From: Piromyces finnis finn
Taxonomy: Eukaryota; Fungi; Neocallimastigomycota
DNA: 13,855 nt
Reading direction: 5' to 3'
Assembly: GCA_002104945.1 (NCBI GenBank)
Contig: MCFH01000226.1
Span: 1 to 13,855, forward strand
Part shown: in pieces, positions 1 through 8,860 of the stretch
How positions within the stretch are numbered: the first letter of the stretch is position 1
How the letters are laid out: every line of letters starts with the position of its first letter
Program-made: the position numbers and the translations under genes
The notes under the pieces: model-generated
What the model saw: the letters and a program-made list of their open reading frames with translations, nothing else
Told to the model about the DNA's origin: nothing
Databases searched by the model: none

Positions 1-231
1 TGAAACATTTTATAAGTTATCATGGAAAGGATTTGACAAATCCACTTGGATTTCTGAAGATCAGATTCCAGATAAACAATTAATACAAGAGTTTGAAAGA
101 AACTCTAAAAAGTCAAATATAAGTCGAACGACTCCTCCATGAAAATTAGAAAGAATAAAGTTGGTAATCTAATCAAGCACAGATACCAACCATTTGTAAT
201 TGAAATTCCTTCGAGAAAAGATTCCTTATAA
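1..231 (+). pseudogene. pol: Inverted duplicate of the element 1 chromodomain and pol C-terminus (partial, one frameshift)
   Basis: Reads [34 protein letters not shown], the same as ORF 643..981(-). One A is missing at ~115 relative to the other arm. Stop TAA at 229-231. Confidence 0.85.
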
Positions 232-481
232 ATTAATCTCGCAGGAGCTCGACTTAGAGAGAGAGATTGTAAAGATATCAAACGCCTCTGTTTGATATCT
301 TTAATGTAACTTAAGCCACAAGTATTATTGTTTAAGTTACACAAATTATATTCAGAAAAAGAAATGAGACATAATTTATTTATTAATAATTAAAGTTTAA
401 AACAAAATAAATTATTAATTTATTTTTAATGTTTAACAAGTAAATTAATTCTAATTTAATCTATTAATATTGTTTTAAACT

Positions 482-606
482 TTAATTATTAATAAATAAA
501 TTATGTTCATTTTCTTTTTCTGAATATAATTTGTGTAACTTAAAAATAATACTTGTGGCTTAAGTTACATTAAAGATATCAAACAGAGGCGTTTGATATC
601 TTTACA
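482..606 (-). repeat. Partial 3' LTR (U3 start) of element 1
   Basis: Matches 5814-5940 except for two single-C deletions. It begins TG right after the PPT and homology is lost below 482. Confidence 0.9.
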
Positions 607-607
607 A

Positions 608-618
608 TCTCTCTCTCT
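608..618 (-). promoter_or_regulatory. Polypurine tract of element 1
   Basis: Minus strand reads AGAGAGAGAGA-T-TGTAAAG, directly abutting the LTR start and 24 nt after the pol stop. Confidence 0.85.
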
Positions 619-642
619 AAGTCGAGCTCCTGCGAGATTAAT

Positions 643-3600
643 TTATAAGGAATCTTTTCTCGAAGGAATTTCAATTACAAATGGTTGGTATCTGTGCTTG
701 ATTAGATTACCAACTTTATTCTTTCTAATTTTCATGGAGGAGTCGTTCGACTTATATTTTGACTTTTTAGAGTTTCTTTCAAACTCTTGTATTAATTGTT
801 TATCTGGAATCTGATCTTCAGAAATCCAAGTGGATTTGTCAAATCCTTTCCATGATAACTTATAAAATGTTTCACCATTAACAGATTTCATCTTTTCAAT
901 TTTCTCTGGAATTTTTTCAATTAAATCTGTGTTAAGGAATGTTCCTCTTCCTACATTAGACCTGTCGTTAAATGTTTTCAAAGTATGGTTCTAACAATGA
1001 AACATGAAAGACTGGATGACATCTCATTGTCTTTGGAAGTTTCAATTTGAAAGCGAGAGAACTAACTTTTCCAATTATCTCAAATGGCCAAGCATTTGAG
1101 GTGCTAATTTCTCTTTAGGTTAGTTCCAGGAGAATCTTTCAATAACCATACCTTCTTTCCCACTTCGAATCCGGGGGAATCATTCTTTCATATCGGCATA
1201 TTTCTTATATGTTTCTTTTGCTTTTTCTAAGTTTTCTTTTAATAATTTAAAGTTTTATTCATATCAATTACTCTTTGTTCAGCTCTACTAGGTCTATCAT
1301 TAGCGGGAATTTCTAAGCTGAACTTTGGATGAAAACCATAATTAGCAAAGAATGGGGTTGATTTATAGATTGTTGTAAAGTTTATTATATGCAAATTCAG
1401 CAAATGGGATAAGATCAACCCAGTTATTCTGCTTTTTATTTATAAAACAACGGAAATATTGTTCTAATATGCCGTTCACCCTCTCCGTTTGACCATCTGT
1501 CTGCGGATGGTTGCAGTTGAAATGAATGATTGATATTAAGAAGGTCACAAAGTCTTGACCAAAATCAGAAGTAAATTGCGAGCCTCTATCAGAAATGATG
1601 GAATCAGGAAGACCATGCAAACGGAAGACATTGCAATAAAAGCATCAGCAGCAATCGAAGCAGTAGGAAGACAACGTAAAGGAATGGCGTGAGCAAATTT
1701 AGTAAATCTATCGACAACAACCATGAAGTTGTCATATCTCTGGACTTAGGAAGATCAACAATAAAATCAATAGAAATATCAGACCAGGGCCTACTGGAGT
1801 GTCCAAAGGGATAACAACCATAAGGCTTATGTCTGGGACTTTGGATTTGCAACAAGTCACGCAAGATTTAATAAAGATTTAACGTCTGAATGAAACCTTG
1901 GCCACCAAAAGTTTCTGGAAATCAGTTCAGTTTTCTTAATACCGAAATGACCAGCAGCAACAGAATCATGATGAAGTTCCAAAACTCTTGTCCTAAGAGA
2001 TTTAGGAACATAAATAAGATTATTAATAACAAAAATCCTTCAATCAATAATAACTTTATCAATATTTTTAATAGGTGCATTACATGCAGAACCATTCATT
2101 TTAAATTGGACAATGAATTATACAAATCGTCATTTTTAAGTTCTAATAAAATAGAATCGATTAAGGTTTGTTATCGCTATGATGAAGAAATAGTAAGACA
2201 AGAAACATCAGAATTAATATTATTCACTAAATGTCACTTCTACGAGACAGGAATCAGGCTTCCGATTTCTTTCCAGCTCTATAAATGAGTTTAAATCAAA
2301 TCTGGATAAGAACAAATTCCATCTAATTTGTCTCTGAGATAACATTTCAGGTTTTCTAGGAAATGTTAATTCTTGTGATCAGTATAAATTATGAACGGAT
2401 GGCGTGCACCTCTAAATAATGACGCCATTCTTCAAGAGCAACTATAATAGCTAAAAGTTCCTTGTCATATATAGGATAGTTTCTTTGACAACTCGTCAAA
2501 CTTTTAGAAAGAAATGCAATAGGATGTAATTTGCCGTCAAATCTTGAGAGAGAATATCCGACAGCATAATTACTAGCATCAGTTTCACCAATAAATTGTT
2601 TATTACTATCCGCATGTTTCAGAATAGGAGCTGACGTGAACAAGTTTTTAATAAATTAAAAGCGTCCTGATCTTCTTTCACCCAGTTAAAAGCAACATTC
2701 TTTCTAGTGAGTTTGTGAAGAGGGTTTGCAATTTAGCAAAGTCTTTAATAAAAATTCTGTAATAATTGCATAACCAATAAAAGACTGAACTCTTTAACAT
2801 TCTTGGGAACCGGCCAATCGAGAATTGCTTTAACTTTATTTTCATCCATTGCAATCCATCCTTTGAAATGACATAACCAAGAAAAGTGGTTTTCTCACAT
2901 CAAACTCACATTTTTCTAATTTAACATAAAGATTATTTTCAAGTAGTTTCTTAAGTACCTTTTTAACATGCTCATGATGTTCTTCGATATTATAGAATAA
3001 ATAAGAATATCGTCAATATATGAGATAACAAAATCGTCTAAATAGTCACTAAGGACATCGTTTAATGAAGTGTGAAAAGTTGCAGGTGCATTCTTTAATC
3101 CAAAAGGCATAACCAGATATTCAAAATACCAATCTAGTACGAAAAGCCGTTTTGTATTCGTCACCTTCTTTAATACGAACAAGATTATAAGCGGATTTAA
3201 GGTCTAATTTAGTAAAAATCTTAGCATTTTTCACCCTATCCAAAAGGTCATAATTAAAGGTAAAGGATATGAATTACGAATGGTAATATCATTCAACTTT
3301 CTATAATCGATACAAAGTCTTAGGAGCCATCCTTCTTTTAACAAATAAAATTGGGGCACCAGCAGGAGACGATGATTTCCTAATAAAACCTTTATTTAAA
3401 TTATCATCAATATATTTTTTAAGTTCCTCTCTTTCAACTTCAGTTAATGGATACAAAGGTCCATAAAATAAAGTCGAATCATCTTTAAGTTTGATTTCAC
3501 AATCATAAGTCTATGAGGAGGTAACACTTCACAATTTTTTCATTAAACACTTCACTAAATTCTAAATATTGGGTTGGTACGGCGACCAATTTATCTTTAT

Positions 3601-4280
3601 TAATATCTTTCTTATTATTATTATTACTACATGATTCGTTATCATATTACATGTTTCATTAATTTTTGTTACAATACATTTAACTTTTTATTAAAACTAA
3701 TATATTCATCATCGCTATCATCTTCATCATTGATGGTTCTAACAGGCGGCCTTTAACATATTCTTTTTCTTCATTGTTTGGGACAGAGGGATCTACTTTC
3801 GGCTTTTTGGTCAAGCTTCGGTCGAGAACATCATGATCTAACTGATCATTCTTTGACTTCTTTCTTGGTTTTCTCTTTCTTTTGCCTTTATTACATGTCT
3901 GGCACAATAACCAGAACTAAAAGCGATTTTCTTAGAGTCGTAGAAAGCATTTGGATTATGCTTCTTTATCCACGGCAAACCAAGAATAACATCAACACCG
4001 GGGACTTGTAATCCATAAAGTTGAATTACTTCGAAGTGATTTTTGCAACGGAGCATGCACTTCTCAGTCCTTTCCCAAACACTAACAACTCATCACTAAC
4101 ACCTGAAACACGGAATGGTTCCACTTTTTCCAAATTAATACCAAGTTCTTCAGCAAGACTTGGATTAATGAAATTTAATTCAGAACCGGAATCAATTAAA
4201 ACCTTAATTTTAACTTCCGAAACTTCATTGTACTCAAGTAAAAGTCCACAAGGTTTAAATCACTTTTCACTCCCTTGACT
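643..4280 (-). CDS. pol: Element 1 pol (protease, RT, RNase H, integrase, chromodomain); multiple frameshifts as assembled
   Basis: Protease LIDSGS (DSG 4185-4193) and [45 protein letters not shown] and YIDD (3009-3020). RNase [11 protein letters not shown] and [11 protein letters not shown]. Integrase [43 protein letters not shown] and a GPF-type motif near 1085. Chromodomain ~772-915 in ORF 643..981. Confidence 0.9.
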
Positions 4281-4339
4281 CCAACTTTGTAAATTTTTGG
4301 ATTAACAATTTTTGGAGTCCTTTCTTTAACAATTCTTAA

Positions 4340-5170
4340 CACTTTTCTGGGCTTTACTCTATTAGGACAATTAAACTTAAATGTCCCGGTTGTTTACAAA
4401 GAAAACATAACCCCTTTTTCTTTTCTTCTTCAAAATTGTCTATGTTTCATTGTAATTTTACTTGATCCTTGGATATTCACATACCTTTTGCGTTTATTTT
4501 CTCTACTAATTCTAAATACATCCACATCCATAGGATCGTTAGCCCTTCTACCATTAAATAAAATTCACTTAGAGAATTTCTTTTCATCATATCTTCAACT
4601 AAAATAGTTGAAGAATCAATTGTTCAATTGAAGTTGGGTTTGATTCAATGAAAGCCAACTTCTCCCTAAGTGGTGGTAATAAACCTTTCAGAAACATGTA
4701 GATTTTTGCGCTATCATTAAAGCTTGAATTTTGGCTAATACGTTGAAACTCGGTAATGTAATCTAATACCTGACCAAGTTTCCTTTGGCGAAGATTATTA
4801 ATTTCCGTTAGCTACAACGGTATCGTATCTATAACTGCCAAAATTAGCCTTCAACCTATCTACAAATTCATCATAATGATTTAAAACCCCACTATTATTC
4901 TTCATCAACACTGAAGCCCATTCCAAAGGTTTACCAGAGAAGTATGATATAACGAATTCGACCTTGACTCGATCTGTATTATACAGTGTCGGTCGAGTAC
5001 GAAATACCAACTCAACTCTGGTTAAAATCCATCCAATTCTCTTTGTTTACCAGAAATATCGGTGGAGCATTAATAATGTTCCCCGAATTCCCAGAAACAC
5101 CCACAGTCCTATCACCCATCTCTAAATTTAAACTTTCAAACTCACTAATTAAGGCCTCCAACGTAAACTA
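4340..5170 (-). CDS. gag: Element 1 gag (Ty3-type capsid plus CCHC zinc knuckle); frameshifted as assembled, start codon uncertain (an ATG at 5119)
   Basis: Minus-strand translation across frameshifts gives APPIF.GKQRELDGF.TRVELVFRTRPTLYNTDRVKVEFVISYFSGKPLEWA (ORF 4798..5010). CFLCKQPGH(LKFNC) at ~4358-4408 needs one added A. Confidence 0.85.
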
Positions 5171-5400
5171 TTAAATAAAATAAAAAATGTTTTCTTACTA
5201 CTGTTTCAAGTAAGTAATCTAATTTTTTTTCTTTTTTTTTTTTTTTTTTTACACTAATACAATCTATTTAAATACAAAAGTTATTCAAACACGTTCTGCA
5301 AAGCAGTGTCGAACAAGTTTTGTATCTATATATTGATTCCTTCGGTAGAATTCCTTTAACAAGGGCAGCAACAGAGTTTAACCTATAATTGTTTCAGTAA

Positions 5401-5521
5401 TTCTTCTTCTATGGTAGCAACCAAGTTCTTCTATAAATTCTTCTTCTGTGGTAGCAACCAAGTACTTCGGTAGATTCTTCTTCTATGGTAGCAACCAAGT
5501 TCTTCTATAAATTCTTCTTCT
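5401..5521. repeat. Tandem repeat, 3 x 37 bp plus a partial unit, in the element 1 5' leader
   Basis: Unit ttcttcttctatggtagcaaccaagttcttctataaa starts at 5401 and 5475 (identical copies), with a variant at 5438. Confidence 0.95.
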
Positions 5522-5566
5522 GACAGTAGTAGATATCCTAACGTACTCTTGAAGTAGTTAGGTAAT

Positions 5567-5626
5567 TGTTATTGTAATGGCGACACAGAAAGAATAGATT
5601 AGGATATCTATTCTATTACAATAACA
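5567..5626 (-). promoter_or_regulatory. Candidate U5/PBS stem-loop of element 1 (self-priming type)
   Basis: A 12-bp inverted repeat (tgttattgtaat 5567-5578 / attacaataaca 5615-5626) encloses a 9-bp stem (5591-5599 / 5606-5614). It spans the inferred LTR end, and no TGG tRNA-type PBS follows. Confidence 0.5.
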
Positions 5627-5940
5627 CTAAATTTAAAATAAAAATAAAAAATTGTTTTATTAAAATATCTTTTATTATAATAGAATTTTAATAATAACAA
5701 TTACATCGATAAAATGATGAAAAATATCTTCTATTTATATTTTTCCTAAATACATTTATATTATATTATAACTATTTATTTCTTATATATTATTTAAAAT
5801 CTACACTAAAATCTTAATTATTAATAAATAAATTATGTCTCATTTTCTTTTTCTGAATATAATTTGTGTAACTTAAACAATAATACTTGTGGCTTAAGTT
5901 ACATTAAAGATATCAAACAGAGGCGTTTGATATCTTTACA
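5573..5940 (-). repeat. 5' LTR of element 1 (~368 bp; U5 end inferred)
   Basis: The start at 5940 (TGTAAAG) is fixed by homology to the 3' LTR. The end is inferred from ATTACA at 5578-5573 (TGTAA...TTACA termini) followed by ATAA, the same junction pattern as in element 2. Confidence 0.7.
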
Positions 5941-6547
5941 TTATCAGCTTCCTTTAATATATTGAACTTTTGATTTTTATTAAGCATTTGGATTTCTGTC
6001 ATATTCCTCTTAGTTATCATTTTTTTACTATTATTTCTATATTATTTGGTGTTTCCATAATAGTTTCTTTTTGCTTAAGAGTTTTTGAAGTTTCTTCTAT
6101 TTTATTAATCTTTGTATTTCCATCATCTTCATTATTTCCTCCTTTCTATTAATGTTTCCTTTATTGCCTCCATTATTTTTATTGTTTTCCCTCATTATTT
6201 TATTTCATTAGTTGTGTTACTTTATTATTTTGTTGTCATTTTCTTCTCTGCTTTCTTCAACATAGCTTATTTCATTTGGTTATCATTATTGTATAATATT
6301 TCGTTACAATTATATTCACTTTCTTCTTCTGAGTCGATATCCATTATTCTTCTTCTTCTATCTCTGATTTCTTTCTTCTTTTGCTTTAATATATTAATTT
6401 TGGTTGGTTCAAAATGGAAGGTTTTATTATTGATTTATTAGTATTATTATTTATTTTTATCTAATAGTTTAATAGATGTGTTTTTATTTTTGTGAAGCAC
6501 ATTTATTGTATTTAGATTTTGATTTGGACGTGCAATTTTGTTATATA

Positions 6548-6580
6548 GGGAGATTGCATACTCCCATCAATTAGTTTAAA
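6548..6580 (-). promoter_or_regulatory. Candidate -1 programmed ribosomal frameshift signal (T TTA AAC plus stem-loop)
   Basis: gag ends tat tta aac TAA. The heptamer is at 6580-6574, followed by an 8-nt spacer and a GGGAG/CTCCC stem (6565-6561 with 6552-6548). The -1 frame is open (LIDGSMQSPYITKLHVQIKI). Confidence 0.55.
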
Positions 6581-7710
6581 TAATTTTCTTCATCATAATT
6601 CTCAGGACATTCGAAGTCTTGATGACCAATACGTAAGCAATTTGCACAGAAGTTTATCTTAAGTTCTGACAATTTTTGCGTTAACTCTTGAATTTCGTCG
6701 TTGTTGTCAGCATTATTTTTAAGTATATTTCTCTTTCTTCCATTCTGTTATTGAATTGATTTCTATATAATAATTACTTCTTTGTTCATTATTAATATCT
6801 TATTATTGTAATTATTATTTAAATTATCATTGTTGTTGTTATTTTGATAATATTTATTATAACCGTTTTTATTGTTAGGATAATCATAATTTGGTACATT
6901 ATTATAAATTCTGTAATTGGATTATTATTTGGATTATTGAAGTTAGAGACATATCTGTTACTATTATTATAATTTCTATATATGTTGTGATTATTATTGT
7001 ACATCTTCTTAATTCTATCATTGTTGTCACTTGTATTTGGTAGTAAATAAGATGTACTAGTTTTATTCTTTGTGTTGTACATAATTCACTATGATCTGTA
7101 TTTTCTTGAAATTTGCTAAACTTATTAATTTATTGAATTTTTCTTTGTTTGTTCCAGAGGGTATTGCCTTTCCTTTATTTCTTTCATTAGGTTCATTATC
7201 TTCTCTTTCTTCGAAGTTATCTTCATGGCGTCTTCTAGGGTTGTTGGTTCTTCTTCCATAAGATTTTCATATATTTTTCCCAGTTCCTGAAAGCATTAAT
7301 ATAATAAGACGTTATAATTAATTCTGATAATGTGACGGTTTTATTTATTTGATTTAATAATTCCGTGAATCTTAAATCAAATTCAGAGATACTTTCATCT
7401 TTTTTATTGTAATAGAAGAGAGTTCTAAGATTTTTGAATTCTTGGAGGATGTTTTCTTGTAATGTTTACTGAGATTCTTTAAAATTGTCTCATAGTTATC
7501 TGGACTGCTTTTGTTTAAGGAATTATATACAATTGTTCTGGCCACATTCGCAGTTATTGCTAGTAAATAATCAATTTTTTCTGCTTCTTCAATGATTTTG
7601 AATGTAGAACACCAATGGTCAAAGGAGAATTTCCATGAGTCAAAAGATATATTTGATTCGCCTAATATAGGTAATCTATTGAAAGTAATAATTTTGTCTG
7701 GTTGTCCATT
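6571..7710 (-). CDS. gag: Element 3 gag (retrotransposon capsid, Asn-rich linker, CCHC knuckle); frameshifted as assembled, not in the ORF track
   Basis: Manual translation gives NGQPDKIITFNRLPILGESNISFDSWKFSFDHWCSTFKIIEEAEKIDYLLAIT, then DESISEFDLRFTELLNQI after a one-A shift, then EEEPTTLEDAMK. KINFCANCLRIGHQDFEC gives CX2CX4HX4C at 6648-6607. Stop at 6573-6571. Confidence 0.8.
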
Positions 7711-8040
7711 TCTGTACTATTATTATGTTATTTCTTATATATTTTATATTTAAATAATTTCCTATTTTATTAATTATTATTATTTCTTATTTTTGTTTAT
7801 TAATTAATTATTGTTGATATTATTGATAATAATTATTGTCTATACTATTATTAAATGATAAATTTTTATTATAATTTTATTATTATCTTAGAATATGATC
7901 GTCAAATATTGTATTTTCAATATTATTACTAATTATTATTAATTATTACTAATTATTAATCATTAATTATTTATTATTATTATTTATCCTTTTATATTTA
8001 TTATTATTATTCAATGTTTAGTAATATAATTATTTGTGAA

Positions 8041-8374
8041 TGTTATTTACTAGTGTTTTAACTATTTTATTTATGATTATATAATTTCAATTTATATATA
8101 TATATATATATTTATATTTTTTATATTCTATTACTTTAATATATCTTGCATAATATAATTTATTTATTGTTAATTTTAATTTAATTATCATATCAAGTCA
8201 CATAACAATTTATATATTTAAAATATTATTATTATTATTTGTATATTTTATATTTCAATTGCTCGATTGATGTATATAAATCACTTATGTAAATGTATTT
8301 ATATAATTTCATATGTTTATTATAATTGTTATTAAATATTATTATTCACTATAAATATATTTTATTCAATAACA
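8041..8374 (-). repeat. Possible 5' LTR of element 3 (334 bp)
   Basis: Bounded by a 7-bp terminal inverted repeat TGTTATT...AATAACA, with LTR-like length and position upstream of gag. There is no second copy, and such motifs are common in AT-rich DNA. Confidence 0.3.
8093..8110. repeat. (TA)9 microsatellite
   Basis: tatatatatatatatata read directly. Confidence 0.8.
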
Positions 8375-8410
8375 TATTTTTTTTTTTTTTTTTTTTTGTT
8401 TTATATATAT

Positions 8411-8793
8411 TGTAATGAGGTATATCTAATGATAAGGGTTAGACTAGAAAATCATTAAGGTTAGATTAATGAAAATTTCATAATTATATTTTTATAACCA
8501 ATCATTAAGTAATAATTCACTTATCAAATTGTATTAAAAAAAAAAAAAAAAAAAAAAAAATAATTTCATGTATAAAAGAGAGAATAAGAAAGATAAAATA
8601 GTTCTTTAGTGTTTTTATTAATAATAATAAAAATTAGTTTTTTTTTTGTTTCGTCTTTAGTTTGATAATACACTGACCTAGCGAGTTAGTCGTATTATAA
8701 TAATAAATTTAATAAATAAACATTATTAAAAAAAAAATACATATATTTGATACATTAGAGTGTGTGTGTTTATTATTATAATATTTCGTTACA
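8411..8793 (+). repeat. 5' LTR of element 2 (~383 bp; U5 end inferred)
   Basis: 8411-8742 aligns to 13518-13854. The end is inferred at GTTACA (8788-8793), giving TGTAA...TTACA termini. Confidence 0.85.
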
Positions 8794-8807
8794 ATAAAAC
8801 ACTCTAA
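8755..8807 (+). promoter_or_regulatory. Candidate self-priming PBS of element 2
   Basis: TTAGAGTGT (8755-8763) inside the LTR is perfectly complementary to ACACTCTAA (8799-8807), 5 nt past the inferred LTR end. No TGG tRNA-type PBS follows. Confidence 0.5.
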
Positions 8808-8860
8808 GAAAAAGATCGCTACCTCAGTGCCTCGTTTATTTGCTTACTTCTAATTTTTTT

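Larger units (their letters stand above)
1..874. repeat. Large inverted repeat (fold-back): arms 1-405 and 470-874 with a 64-nt AT-rich spacer; left arm cut by the window edge
   Basis: 1-40 (tgaaacattttataagttatcatgg...) is the reverse complement of 835-874, and the pairing continues to 405/470. The only differences I found are single-base indels (caaatat vs caaaatat; attgttt vs attttt; tgaga vs atgaa). Confidence 0.95.
482..5940 (-). mobile_element. Element 1: Ty3/Gypsy chromovirus-type (Tf1/Tf2-like) LTR retrotransposon, 3' LTR truncated
   Basis: Domain order on the minus strand is gag, CCHC, protease, RT, RNase H, integrase, chromodomain. LTR sequence is shared between 5814-5940 and 482-606, both starting TGTAAAG on the minus strand. 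A PPT precedes the 3' copy. Confidence 0.95.
5941..7710 (-). mobile_element. Element 3: truncated Ty3/Gypsy-like retrotransposon (gag plus start of pol), interrupted by element 1
   Basis: Gag-like capsid and CCHC knuckle on the minus strand. The downstream K/E/N-rich sequence ends ...EIQMLNKNQKFNILKEADN exactly at the TG of the element 1 LTR. Confidence 0.75.

Noticed and set aside
607-618. ATCTCTCTC resembles the PacBio SMRTbell adapter stem
   Set aside because: It sits exactly where the PPT belongs, is not at the fold-back centre, and lacks the rest of the adapter.
105-814. ORFs 105..344(-) and 593..814(+) as a duplicated small gene
   Set aside because: They are antisense shadows of the pol tail and LTR, duplicated only by the fold-back.
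1890-2288. 132-aa plus-strand ORF
   Set aside because: It is antisense to the RNase H-integrase linker and zinc finger of element 1 and has no motif of its own.
5401-5521. 37-bp repeats as a CRISPR array
   Set aside because: The units are contiguous with no unique spacers, there are no cas genes, and the context is a eukaryotic retrotransposon.
5970-6441. Hydrophobic ORFs 5970..6152 and 6112..6441 as membrane or env-like proteins
   Set aside because: The Phe/Ile/Leu richness is the expected reverse complement of the Lys/Asn/Glu-rich minus-strand coding region of element 3.
8411-8741. Solo LTR ending TACA at 8741, flanked by an apparent tatat target-site duplication
   Set aside because: Gag-pol and a matching 3' LTR follow, TTACA at 8789-8793 gives better termini, and tatat is uninformative in this composition. 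The exact end remains unproven.
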